Below, piece after piece: positions 13,701 to 26,400 of a stretch of DNA of 56,506 nucleotides. Source of the DNA: Amphiscolops sp. MND2022 (lineage: Eukaryota); NCBI GenBank assembly GCA_964187785.1, contig CAXLNC010000268.1, positions 1 to 56,506 on the forward strand, written 5' to 3'. The notes beneath the pieces are model-generated. The model was given only the letters and a program-made list of their open reading frames with translations, ran no database searches and had not been told where the DNA came from. The position numbers and the translations under genes are program-made. The number at the start of each line of letters is the position of its first letter. Within the stretch, counting starts at the first letter, position 1.

Positions 13701-14120
13701 TCTGGAATGTACGGGAAACAACAAGGCTTTTTTCCAATTTTAAACCAGGAATATGTTCAAATTGAATGTAAATGTCTGTTATATGTAGTGGCGCGGACTT
13801 AAATGTGACCAAGAATTCTAAACCAAGCAAGAATTTTGAACCAAGAACCAAGCCATCTTGGAAGAAGTTATGCGACGCGTGCCGTTAACTACCCTCAAGC
13901 GCGCTGTTAATTACCCTCTTGAGTCGAGTCAACTTGTTGACAACAGTTCGAGAGTCTCTTGGAGTGAGTGATGATGAAGAATAAACAAGCCATTTTCAAA
14001 GGAAGCCGACAACTAATGGAATTCCATTCAGGAAAGTTTACGCCGACTTAGGACAATTAACCGGGGTTTTAGCCGCTAAATTGATGTAAATGTCTCGTAT
14101 ATGGAGTCGCACGGACTTAA

Positions 14121-14620
14121 CTGTGACTGAAGATGTTGAAACATGATTTGTTCATTTCAGAACTACCGCGTTTGGGTGCTGTTCGTTTGACACGATGGTG
14201 ACCTAGGTAGGACCTAGCTAGGACAGCCGTCTGAACCGTGCCCTAACTTGCGAGGATCTTGATGAAGGAGCTACTCAAGTGTACATGTACAGTGAGATGA
14301 AACATACGTCAGTTCATCCAGAAATTGTACAGGTGTAAACAATTTCTGCTACTGCTTCCTATACAACAGGTGCAGCCCAGAAGGTAGTCTTATTCTTTTT
14401 GAAGTTTGGACATTCGGTCCACTTGACAGCAACAACAAACTTGAATCACATATGTCGAAAGAAATCTTAATCGTTGAATAAGTGTACAAATTTATATTTA
14501 TTTTTATCTATATTTGTATTGCTGATGCTGTAAAAAGTTTTCATTTGGAATTTTCAGACTCTTTTTTTAATTTACTTTCAACATTCAAGCATTTCCTTCC
14601 AAGTTAATTCCAAGATCAAA
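14121..14620 (+). repeat. Internal segment repeated in direct orientation at about 49201-49740
   Basis: Shared blocks include CCGTGCCCTAACTTGCGAGGATCTTGATGAAGGAGCTACTCAA and GAAGTTTGGACATTCGGTCCACTTGACAGCAACAACAAACTTGAATCACATATGTCGAA. Confidence 0.9.
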
Positions 14621-15812
14621 AGTGAAATAAAATTGGTTTGCCGAAGGTCAAGGAAACTAGATGAAATCAAGGTGCTTTCCCATCTGCAAAATAGTTTAAG
14701 AAAGGTTGAAAACGGGTTTTAGTTCATCGGATTCCGCAAATTGTAAAGATTTCAATGTATTTTTTGTTTCGAAAACACTCTAACTTAAAAAATGATCGCT
14801 TTTGTACACCACGAAAAGTTCATTACCTATTTTAATACATGTATTTTTCAATTTCGGCAAGTAAATGGAAATCCAAATGTAAATATATGTAAAAACCATA
14901 TACGTCACAGAAAATTTGATAATAATAAGTCACAGAAAAGAATGAATGAAACGAAAATGCCGAGTACGGCTACTTTCCCATAGGAAAAGAATGTAATCTC
15001 ATGCCGTTCTGTCAATCAATTGAACTCGTCAGAACTAACGACACTTTTTATTGGCTCATATTATCAAAATCCCCACTCGGCCAATCAGAAGCGTTGTTAG
15101 TTAAGAGTTATTAGAATGTACAAATCAGTAGTTAGTGGTAACGGTGAAAAAAATCCAAACAAATGAGGCTAAGAGACAAGTGAGCGAAACTACAGTAAAA
15201 GGTATACTATTGGACAACAGATTCAAATTAAAAATCTAGTTGAAAGCTGTGAGAAATCAACTTTCACGGCGAAAGAATGACAAGCAGAAAATGATTCCGT
15301 TAATCTTACGGAAAATTCCAATTTAGATTGCTGAAAATATTTGAGCTTTGGACCATGTCATCTATTCCCCCCGGTACATTTTGTTAGGAATTCCTCGCCC
15401 CCAACACGAAACCACATTTTCGTCTTGAATAATTGTCTCTACGACTGTTTGGACACTTCAGGCAAAACAATTGCCATAAAGTTTTAATATTATTGTCCAA
15501 AATAGCAAAAATGCACGCTTGGAACAAGCTAGAATGGTCTAAAAAGGTTGAGTCCTGAAATAACAATTGAATTTACATGTTTCGTAACATTGTATTATTT
15601 TGCACAAACTAGGTATACCGTAAAAAAACTAGGTATACTGTATATATTTACATGTTAGGAACTAGCAACAAAATTTGATTATGATAAAAATATATAACCA
15701 GTTAAAAATTACCAGTTAGTACAAATGTTGGTAACTTAAAAGTAGAAAAAGAGCACCTTTCAGAGAGCACTGCAGTTATTTTAAAAGTCCAGTGGCGAAC
15801 TTGTGTATGCCT

Positions 15813-16708
15813 TCATGGCAACTTCACGGCAAATTCATTTTCCTCAGTCTTTGTAGATGTGAAGGAATTTCCTCGTCCGGCTAGGCAGTAGAACTCGTTG
15901 TCGTCTAGTTTGATGTCATAAATTTCTTCAATTTCTCTAACAGATGGTTCGTTCAGCTCCTCCGTTTCCGCGGGGGGGAGAGGGGTTTCGTTTTCTTGGT
16001 TGTTTTTATTCAGGGCAGGCGCTAGCTCGGGCATATAGTCCGGTTCTTCATTGTCGGATTCACTCTCCTTTTGTGTTTCTGCAACGAAAGCCTCTTCTTC
16101 ATCAGACTCGAAAGTAGATTCGAGTTCAGCCTCGCTGCCCCTCCACACTTCTATTGATGAATTTAGCATCCCCACCATATTTAAGGGCAGGGTTTTAATA
16201 GGAGTACTGTACCTATCAGGGGTGTTCAATTAAGTTTGCAAAGAAAAATTATTGCAATTGAACAATTACAATTATTTATTTAGCGACTCGGTGTTCCAAC
16301 AATTTTTGATTGCGCGTAATCCTGCGGGGTGATTATTAATTGCAGTGTAGCATTTTAAAGTATTGGTTTTTTTAGTCGAGCGAAATTTATGATGACTGAT
16401 TATAGAAAGGAACTTTCGCCAAGCTATTTTTAGTCTCAAATGTTTTTGATGATAAATGAAGCATTTTGGACTCATTTTGATGTTCAAGAAATTTTGTAAA
16501 TTCAAGTTTCTTCATCAGTTTGTTTGAGTACAATAATTTTTTTATTTTTTTTTAGAAGTGGAAAATTACAATATTGATTTTTGTAGGCTCAGATTTGAAT
16601 ATATTGATTATTTTGAGTCAATATATGACAATACAAAAATGAACACCCCTGGTACCTATGGTTCTCCTCATCCGATGAGATATCGATAACGAGGGCGTAG
16701 TTATCCAT
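15813..16708 (-). CDS. Predicted 150-aa acidic orphan protein (exons 16708-16656 and 16212-15813; intron formed by a MITE)
   Basis: MDNYALVIDISSDEENH + RYSTPIKTLPLNMV... joins in frame once the MITE and one TSD copy are removed. D/E-rich; no recognisable domain. Confidence 0.55.
16217..16651. mobile_element. 435-bp hAT-type MITE, precisely spliceable
   Basis: TIR CAGGGGTGTTCA / TGAACACCCCTG; perfect 8-bp TSD GTACCTAT (16209-16216, 16652-16659). Confidence 0.92.
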
Positions 16709-16835
16709 TTGGTCAAAAATTTGGTTAAATTGTTATAATTTAAATTATAACTCAAATTTGAGCAAACTGCTTTTTTCGATTGATGTACGGCAAATGGAGG
16801 AGTCAACTTTCCTTCGTAATTTTCACTGAAATTTT

Positions 16836-16940
16836 ATTGGCCGGTTTGCTTCCGTCTGCGCTGGGATTGGTCGAAATATGAATTAAAGATTTTGTATTCT
16901 ATTCTTCGTTTCATTCTTTACTGACGCTGTTATGACGTCA
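16836..16940 (-). promoter_or_regulatory. Putative promoter of the acidic ORF (two CCAAT boxes + CRE)
   Basis: ATTGG at 16836-16840 and 16866-16870 (CCAAT on the minus strand); TGACGTCA at 16933-16940; 130-230 bp upstream of the ATG at 16708. Confidence 0.3.
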
Positions 16941-17089
16941 TCATTTGCCTCATGTCTCACTAGCGAGTGTTTTTCATGTTATTGTTTACTCTTTTGTCTA
17001 ATTGTGTCCAAATGGACATTAGACAGACAAGCTCAAAAGTGCATGTACACTCTTTTTGTGATTATTCCACGATCTCCAATTAACCACTG

Positions 17090-17216
17090 TAATTTGTTCA
17101 CACCTTAACACTTAACGAACATTCATTTGTTCGTTAGGTGTTAAGGTGTGAACAAATTAGAACATTACTTAGGTAATGTTTAATGTAGTTTGTTATAATT
17201 ATAACAAACTACATTA
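17090..17216. repeat. Three consecutive hairpins/palindromes
   Basis: 31-bp arms 17090-17120 / 17129-17159 (1 mismatch); 8-bp stem at 17161-17180; perfect 36-bp palindrome at 17181-17216. Confidence 0.9.
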
Positions 17217-19045
17217 CACATTCATGGATTTTTTCTCAGGAACAGTTCTGCTTAAACTTTTTGTTTAGATATATCCCTTGCGAGAAGGAATTTCCAATTC
17301 AACAGCTTTGAAGCATCACAATCTAGCGTGAGCAGAAGATGTCAATCAATACGCCAACATTTGTGTGATGCAAGTAGAGATGCAACTGAGTGAAGTCTCC
17401 AAGACAATTTGTACTCCTGAGCCGCCTGAGATTGGTAGAATTTGTCGGGGCGAAGGCAATTTAGTAGATGAGTTTGCGAATTTATGTCCAGCAGACATAG
17501 ACGTTGGACAAATCTTGGAGACCTCACACGTGTGACTAAATCTGATGTTGTTCGATGTATTAGCAATTTGCGAAGGGGCTCCTCCAAATATTAATCTTTT
17601 ACATCATTTTGTTCTGTGATGTAAACTTGATAGCTATAAAGTATACTCTGATGTTTTACTTTTATGTCTACCATTGTCTTTGCGACTTTGGTTTTACTTG
17701 TAAGTCTTGAATATACAGTTTTATTTACATTTATTTCGTTTCAATGCCTGTGACTCGGGCTGTTCAAAACAGTTTAGTGCCCTGAAGATATTATGAGATA
17801 AAGAGAGGGGCTATTAATTTAATCTTCTGTCTAGCGTGAAATTCTGCTATTTTGGACAAAATTACCAAAAAATAGGGTCTTTTTCACTGAAGAATAGATA
17901 CGTCTTTTCTATAATCCAGCGCAATAGTTGACAACAATTTGTTTTATTTTTCGGGAACTTAAATAGAAAGCGTTGAAAGCAGGAAAGCTTGCGGTCGGCG
18001 TGATCAAACGTCAAAACCACTTCAACATGTTATCATCATAAATATTTTTCAAAAACACATTAACGCGTTTATTCAGATATGAATTTTTCCCGCATTATGA
18101 AATGTTTAAACAATATAACGTCTTCACCTGATGATGATAGCTAATAAACATTCAAGTGGAAGATATCAAAGATTCATTTTATGTTGCCGCGTTGTTTAAT
18201 CGTGTCGGTTCGGGTTAGAATCGGGAATTCCCAAATTCTTGTAGAAACGTTTCCCACTTTTCCAAGTACGAGAGTTTTCACAGAGTATTTTTATTATTCA
18301 TTCAACTAATTTCACGTAAACGTAAACATCTCGCTAGTTGTCTGACTTTTTCTCACAAGAAATCATCTTTCTGTCTTAACACCTTAACAGGTTCTCACAT
18401 CAGCTGCATCTTCATGAAGAAACCTTATTGCAAAACAAATTTGAAAAATGTATACAGAAACTCACTCATCCCTGTAAGGCAGAATTCAATGCATTGAAAC
18501 TTGCCCAAGAGGGATGAGTGAATTTTTGTTTATATTTTTCAAATTTGTACTTCAATAAGGTTTCGTCTTGAGTCAAGTTATTAAAGACTGCCATTCACAA
18601 TTGTCATCCACGTGTCCCAAACTCAATTCCAATGCCCACCAGTCCGCAAGATTGCTGAGCTGTCTTATTTGTATTTTACTGTTATTTAGCGACTTCATTC
18701 AGGTATGCAATTAAATATTCTGCGCGTCAAAGGAACGAATCCCACGGAAAGTTGAATTAAAACTCAAAAATGTCTGGAAACTTAGCTTCAGTAATAAGTT
18801 AAAGTGTTTCGTTTCCTATAGTAAACAAGAGGTAAAAAACACTTGCAAAAGAACATGAAAAAGTACAAATTAGATAGCTAAACTCTTAGTAATTGACAGA
18901 TTAATAATTAGTATTTACAAATTTTTATTATTCGTTTGATATTGCTGTGGGTTTTTTATTGTGTTTCATGGTTTATGGGGTTTTGAAGCCGTTTCCAGAC
19001 ATTGCGGTATGTACTAATAGCTAATTTGTGTTCTCCCGTTATAAA

Positions 19046-19756
19046 TTTTTGTGCTTTCCCGTATAATTTTTTTTTGGCCAGTTTTTGGTGTACGTCATTG
19101 AGAAACATTTGAAACACTGGGAAAATTTTTTATTAAATCTGAAATGGGAGGTTTTAAATTCATCAAGGGATTCCAAAAATTGACATATACACATGCAGCA
19201 GGTTTCAACGGAACATTATTTTGGCTTCGATTTTTGTGCTTTCCCGTATAATTTTTTTTGGCCAGTTATTGGTGTACGTCATAGAGAAACAACTGAAACA
19301 CTGGGAAAATATTTTATTAAATTTGAAATGGGAGGTTTTAAATTCATCAAGGGATTCCAAAAATTGACATATACACATGCAGGAGGCTTCAACGGAACAT
19401 TATTTTGTCTTCGATTTTGTGCTTTTTTCGTATAATTTTTTTTGGCCAGTTATTGGTGTACGTCATAGAGAAACAACTGAAACACTGGGAAAATATTTTA
19501 TTAAATCTGAAATGGGAGGTTTTAAATTCATCAAGGGATTCCAAAAATTGACATATACACATGCAGGAGGCTTTAACGGAACATTATTTTGTCTTCGATT
19601 TTGTGCTTTTTTCGTATAATTTTTTTTTCGGCCAGTTATTGGTGTACGTCATAGAGAAACAACTGAAACACTGGGAAAATATTTTATTAAATCTGAAATG
19701 GGAGGTTTTAAATTCATCAAGGGATTCAAAAATTGACATATACCCATGCAGGAGGC
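19046..19756 (+). repeat. 184-bp tandem repeat, about 4 units (related copy at about 30280-30510)
   Basis: Repeat-derived ORFs recur at 19193, 19377 and 19561 (period 184). The unit contains GGGAGGTTTTAAATTCATCAAGGGATTCCAAAAATTGACATATACACATGCAG. Confidence 0.92.
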
Positions 19757-20290
19757 GTCTCGGATTTGTCCAAAAAGCGTCAAAGGAATGAAAATCTTCC
19801 AAATGCGGATGAAAATAAAAGTAAAAACGATTGAAAATAAACGTGTCTCGGATTTGTCCAAAACGCGTCACAGGAATTAAAACATTCCAAACGCGGATAA
19901 AAATGAAGGTAAAAACGAATGAAACTCAAGGTGTCTCGGATTTGTCCAAAAAGCATCAAAGAAATAAAAACAATGGAAATGCGTATGAAAATGAAAGTAA
20001 AAACAATGAAATCAACGTGTCTCGGATTTGTCCGAAAAGCGTGACAGGAATGAAAACATTCCAAAAGCGGATGAAATTAAAATTGTTCATTTCTTTGGAA
20101 GGAGAGTTGCTTCTCCGCCCGGCTGGACCGTAGCTGAATTCTCACAAGAAGTGATCACATCTGCAGTCTACCTGTCAGGCTAGAAATAGAGGAGCAGCTG
20201 CTAGAGATCACCCTTCATGCAGAGGTCCAACCGAGACTAATTTATATTGGTAACTGCGAAAGCTGTTACCATGCTAGAACACTGTATGAT
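19757..20290 (+). repeat. About 87-bp tandem array (AACGTGTCTCGGATTTGTCCAAAAAGCGTCACAGG...) followed by a conserved tail of about 210 bp
   Basis: The same array plus tail occurs at 37116-37807; an inverted tail at about 35274-35415. The tail has a GGTAACTGCGAAAGCTGTTACC hairpin followed by CTAG. Confidence 0.8.
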
Positions 20291-21207
20291 TTCAATGCAA
20301 ACTAGGTCGCGATAATGGTATTTGACCCTTCTGTCTTATTCCCCACCCCAGCCGCAGTTTGGGGGGGGATTGAACACATGGTCCACAAACTTAGACAATA
20401 CCATGGAACCTTTTCTATAATTCAACGCAGACATCATATTGTTTTAATTTTCAGGAAATCTGAACAAACTTTAGAGCAAAAAAGCATCTTGTCGGCGTGA
20501 TTAAACATCAAAATTACTTCAACACTTTATCATCAGATGATAATTATTTCAAAACACAATAACGCGTTCAACGTTTAACGTTTATAATGCGGGAAAAGTT
20601 CATATCTGATTATAGTCAGATATGAATTTTCCCGCAATATGAAACATTTTAAACATAACGTTTTTGAAAGGATCGATCGCTAATAAACATTCAAGTCGAA
20701 TATATCAACGAGTCATTCCATTCCATGATATCGCCAGCCGAAGAGTCAAACACTGAATGTCTTTTGAATGTTGAAAACTGAAAATTCCAAGCCGATTACG
20801 ACTTGGAGTCTAAATTCCCATGTGAGATTCCCATATGTGAATTGAGTAGTTGGAATTCACACTTCCATAGAGCATCGAAAGCTATTGCATTAATAAAACA
20901 ATTACATTATTAACATATTGCGAACTTCTTTCTTCTTGCTCGGCACAGTCAACTCTGTGAAAACTATCGTACTTGGAAAGGTGTGAAAATTTCTACATGA
21001 TATGTATTATGTACATTTTATGTATATAGAATCCTTTCACACCTTTTCAAGTACGACAGTTTTCACAGAGTCATCCTAACACCTCAACACATCAACATTT
21101 ACCACCTCAATATCTTCTCACACCAGCTGCATCTTTATTATATTTTGCCGAACAGTGAGTAACTGTAAACCATTTTTCAGATTTTCCTTATAATTGCGAC
21201 TTGAATC

Positions 21208-21598
21208 GGCTCTTTTCTGTTTCCCCACCCCACCACCAAAATTTTTGGAAGTAAATTTTCTTAAAAACTTTAGACTAGTCTAATTAAAAGTAAAACCGTA
21301 TTTCATAATGGGAAGTTAACGTCTATTGAAATTGTTTTTTGCTTGAAAAAAACATTGTTCACGCTTTTTGACTATGATTATGTTCGTATTAAGTTTTTAT
21401 TGATGACTTAAAACAGGAAGCTGTTAATTTCTTCATCAAAAATGTGTGACTACTCATTGAAAAAGTGTGAACAAAGTTTTTATCGGAATCCTAAACTGTC
21501 ACACTAAGAATAAATGCAAGTTTGAAGATTTCTGGTTTGTATTCAAGTCTTTTTGGTATACGATTTCCACTAATTTTCCAGGGAAACAGAAAAGAGCC
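21208..21598. mobile_element. 391-bp MITE, GGCTCTTTTCTGTTT TIR family
   Basis: TIRs GGCTCTTTTCTGTTTCCC / GGGAAACAGAAAAGAGCC; perfect 8-bp TSD CTTGAATC. Confidence 0.9.
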
Positions 21599-22388
21599 CT
21601 TGAATCATATTATTCACTAGCTACCATTCACTTCACACTGTCATTATGATGTCTTCCCTCGAATGCGAAGGGTCCCCATGAGTCCGAAATCTAATCTTGC
21701 AAAAAACATTCATGTAAAAAATCAGCGAAGAACCATTTGCTACTTGGTAATCAAAACATTATTCATTGGAATGCCAAAAAATATATTTATTATCGACTTT
21801 CATTTTTTTGTTTTTTGACTTTTTTTAACTAGTTACTTAGTTAATTCAATTCAATTCAATTTTCTGTAAGACTCGCTTTTCCAACGCTGAGTATAGCTAT
21901 ATTTTAATTAAATACCGTGAGAAAGTTGCAAAAGAACTAAAATAGGAACAAAACGTCTCAACATTCTTTCGGATTCGTGGGAATCAAAATTTATGTTCGG
22001 ACTCGTGAATATAAATTATCATTATTATCATTATGAATGTCTATTCTGTGCAAGATTACTTTCGGACAAGTGACCGACTGAGCTTTCATGAGATATTTTC
22101 CGCCATCAAATACAAACAAATGAGTTGTAATAATTGTTACACTTTAGTGTTATTACTTCACAGGAACTTTAGAAAACGTTATTCATTTTTCATCCCTGAT
22201 CCAGATATAATCCTTGTTTATCCGTGAGTACGTATTTGTGACCATGTTTTTTAATCCCCCTTGAGATACAAATCACAGTTTAAAGACCATAATGTAAAAA
22301 TAGATGTCTTTACAATATGGTATTTTAATCGTTTATAACGTTTTTACTCCAGTCATAGCTACGAAGAAAATAGCTATGAAAAAAAACG

Positions 22389-23040
22389 AAAAAAATCAAC
22401 GTGTCTCGGATTTGTCCAAAAAGCGTCACAGGAATGAAAACATTCTAAATGCGGATGAAAATGAAAGAAAAAACAAATAGAGCCAACGTGTCTCGAGACA
22501 CGTTGGCTCTATTTGTTTTTTCTTTCATTTTCATCCGCATTTAGAATGTTTTCATTCCTGTGACGCTTTTTGGACAAATCCGAGACACGTTGATTTTTTT
22601 GACACCGATCGGAATTGACCAAAAAGCGTCACAGGAATGATAACCTTCCAAATGCGTATGGAAATGAAAGAAAAAACGATTGAAAATCAACGGGTCCCGG
22701 ATTTATCCAAAAAGCGTCACAGGAAAGAAAACATTCCAAATGCGGATGAAAATAAAAGTAAAAACGATTGAAAATCAACGTGTCTCTACTTTGTCCAAAA
22801 AGCCTCAAAGGATAAAAAGCATTTCAAATGCGTATGAAAATGAAAGTAAAAACGAATGAAAACTTTCATTGATTAATTTGTTGATTAACCAACGTGTCTC
22901 GGATTGTCCAAAAAGCAACAAAAGGATGAAAATATTCCAGATGCGATTGAAAATGAAAACTATGCCTAAACGAAAATCAGCATGTCTCGGACTTGTCCAG
23001 ACAGCGTCAAAGCGATGAAAACATTCCAAATAAGCATGAA
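22389..23040. repeat. 87-bp satellite array starting with a perfect 212-bp spacerless palindrome (22389-22600)
   Basis: The 106-bp arms are exact reverse complements centred on GTGTCTC|GAGACAC. Plus-oriented degenerate units follow. Confidence 0.9.
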
Positions 23041-23049
23041 AATGATTTA

Positions 23050-23240
23050 CAAGAAAAAGACAATCTTGAAAATAATTTTTCAACCGAGGAAGATATTACC
23101 GTGCCCGGAATATCAGAAAATGATGGAAATGGGGAAATGAAAGAAAATACTAGTTCCAGAGTAGGGAAGTATAATCTTCGACCTAACCCCACCCCAACTA
23201 CACTTTTGAATACAGATATTAGACTCAAAACTGAATTTTC
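23050..23240 (+). pseudogene. Remnant resembling the C-terminal end of a Gypsy pol
   Basis: ...SSRVGKYNLRPNPTP, resembling the RY-LR-type tail often seen at the end of Gypsy integrase. Isolated fragment. Confidence 0.35.
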
Positions 23241-23490
23241 GTCACCTCCATTTTAATAAGTATAGTGTTTTTCAGGGGGACACAACAGATTAACTGATTT
23301 AGTACTAGAATAACCTAACTTTCAGGCAGCACAATAACAAATAAATACAAAGCTGCACTCAACAACTTTACAAATCAAACTGAAAAGAAATATAAAGCCG
23401 GAAACATAAATAACATCAGACAACATGTAAGATTGGCTATAAATGCGTGACACGCGAAGTTTAAACATCAATCCTTTGAAGAGCTTTCTC

Positions 23491-26400
23491 TCAGACTTGT
23501 GACACTCCGAAACATTGACTGGTCCGAACTCGACGGGATGTGCGAAGAGGAGCCGTCTCAGACGAAAATCCCTCTGGTCCACGAACCTTGGTTCGTCGTG
23601 GGCCTGCTCGTGACGCTTGAAGACTTTTGTAGCTGGCTGAAAGCCTCTTATGAATCTTTGCTCGACCAAAGAGGTCGACACTGCGCCAAGGATCATAGGT
23701 TGCGTCGAGTCCACTGTCTCCGAAATCAGCAGTCAGGGCATGGAAATCCTCGAGAGCACTATCAGAGGTACATACAGGTACCGAGTAAGGAAGGTTGGCG
23801 AGGATAGATTGTACAGGCATGATAACATCCGTAGAACGACAATTCAAACTATCAGTGGTAACCGCTCCGAAACGAACGACTGGCAATGTAGAGGACTTAT
23901 CGGTTAAACATAAGCAGCTAAGTTTGAACAGATAGTAAATATGTCCGCGTTTTTTGAGAGCTGGCAAATTAGACAAGAAGTCAACAATGTCATGCAAGGC
24001 ACTAGGGCTTGAAGTCAATGAGACACGAGACCCCCTCAGATGGGTGAGAACTCCAATATACTCATCCCGGCAGATTTGCTCATTGGTGTCTTGTACCCAT
24101 CCTCGAAGTCTGAACCCACGGTAAAGATCGGCGAAACATCGGGTGGCGAAATTAAGGGGCATCTCGAACATGACGTGGGGATCGAAACTGGCCATCCCCC
24201 GGACGTTATTTGTAGTCATTGTCACATGTTTTCTGACTCCTTCAATCAGAAAGAGGTAGTAATGGCGAGCCAGATCACAAAATTCTTTTTTGAGTTCGGC
24301 AACTAGATCATCAGCCTTCGCTCGGTCCAGCTTCTTATCGCTGAGTTCAGCAGCTGCCTTCCTGTTCAAAGCTTGTTCCAATTTCTGACTTAAGTTAAGT
24401 CTGTGCAGGAAGTCGTCGGGTAGAAGAGCCTCCTGGCCTTCAAGGTGCAGGGACAAAAGGCCGACCCAGTCATCATCAGCAGGGATACAACGGTCAATCA
24501 AGCAGCGGACGCATAACTTACGGATAAAGCGGGAGAGTTGTTCGAACACATAAAACCCAGCATCGCGCTTATTGTTCAAAGATTGGTCGAAGCAAGAAAC
24601 GACTGAAACCAAATATACACAATCATGTGATCTAACCGAAGTAGGAGTTAGTAAACAACAAGGTTGGCATTGTTTTAAACAAGTGTTTTAAACACGGGAT
24701 AAAAAACATGTTTTAAATAGCATTGAAAAAAAAACAATATTTTTTATTTTGTTTTCTTTCCCACTACAGTATTATGACACAAAGCTTGTCTTCTGTGTCT
24801 TCTGTTTTGGAAAACTACTTAAACCTCTTGTACAATCATTTTCATGGGGCTTCTCTTACTTCATCTTAAAACGTAAAGGGCTTTGATTATTTTCGACATT
24901 GTAAGTCCGATATCATTCCTGAAATAAATAAAATTGACTGTGTTGTATGTTTTTATTAGACGAGTCTGTAGTTATTTAGCATTTCTTTAAAAAACAAAAA
25001 AAAACAAAAAACATGCATTTTTCGAAAAATTCAAAAAAACTGTGTAATACAAAAAAACATGTTTGAATCGCAACCTTGGTAAACAACGTACTCACAGTCA
25101 TGGATGATACGGGAGAAAAGCTCGAGACGCACAGTGAAGAGGTCGTCCATTAGGATCATCCAATCTAGGGATTGAGGCTAAAAAACAAGATTAAGGATTG
25201 CTACACTGGATTAGTGGATGACAAGAACTCAGGGGAGTGACTCCTAAAGAGGAAGTAAACCTTGTTTCTGATTCCTTGCCATTCTTGCTTCCACTGTACT
25301 TTCGGAGGAAGGAAGAAACCTCTGCCCAATGGGTCAACAGTTCATGGCACAGGTGAGGCAAAGACAGCAAGTCAAATTTGCAAGCGACAATGGCCTGGGA
25401 AAGAAAAACAGGAAGGCAACATAAACTCTTTCAATGGAACATTGATGACAATGTGAGGACACGTGACATAAAATATACATTACCTTGGATAATTCAGGGC
25501 ATTCCAATGTCCAGGGACAAGTCAGACTGCCACCAAGAGACACGATCAAGCCTTGCAGGACTGAAAAGAAATCAATTTGCTGGAAGACACTATGGCTGTC
25601 TCGGTGCATGATGGTCTGTAAATCCACGCTCTCAAAGCGGAAAGGGGATTGTAAAGTCCGCTTGAATATCCCTGAATCATCCACTGTCTGCACAAAATCA
25701 ACAGGGAAACCAGAGCAGGCTACGAACTGTGGTCTGGTGGACACCACGGACAGAATACGGGACAGGGCTCCCAACTCTCCTGCTAGCGGGGGACTTTGTA
25801 CTCCGTAACGGCAAAGGAAGACTTTCACGAGGTTGTCGTCTTTCCAAAAACGCACATACACGAATTTGAATCGTCCAGATTCCTCAATTTCTAGAGCAAA
25901 TTGTACTGTGATCAATAAGTGCTGTCCCAGATCTCAAAGGCACACAAAGAAGTGATGGAAGATAGCCTGAAAAAAACTCAAATTACAACAACATAAAGTC
26001 GTAACTACAAATAGGGAAGACACAATTTACAGACACTATAAGAGGATAGTTTGACTACAAAGAAAGCAACTACGGGTGAAATACGAGTACTTACTGTGAT
26101 TCTCTCATCACTCCAGTCGAAATCGGAAAAGAGGCTTTGATGGTTGGTGAAGATACCAACATTAGTCCAGATACTGCGCAATTGAGCAAAATTTCCTCCT
26201 GTCTTGAGATAATCACCGATGAGACACAGCTGAGTATACGATCGACTAGTTCCTGGCGTGACACTGACCCTTGAGGCCTTGAAATCTTCGTAAAAGGGAA
26301 GTTTGTCTCCAATTTCTACCAGTTCTTCCTTAATGAACTTGGGTAATTCCTGCTCCAACTCGAGGTGCCCCAGCAAATTACCTCTCTTGTCCCTGACGAA

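Noticed and set aside
13401-13851. ORFs over CTTGCAAG arrays (also 2773-3217, 36211-36572, 49569-50078)
   Set aside because: Translations of subterminal repeats, open on both strands.
17300-17600. Protein-like stretch (…ICTPEPPEIGRICRGEGNLVDEF…)
   Set aside because: Isolated, contains a stop, and has no convincing exon partners or recognisable domain.
19046-19756. Regular repeats as a possible CRISPR array (also the 87-bp arrays)
   Set aside because: Whole units repeat with no unique spacers, there are no cas genes, and the context is eukaryotic.
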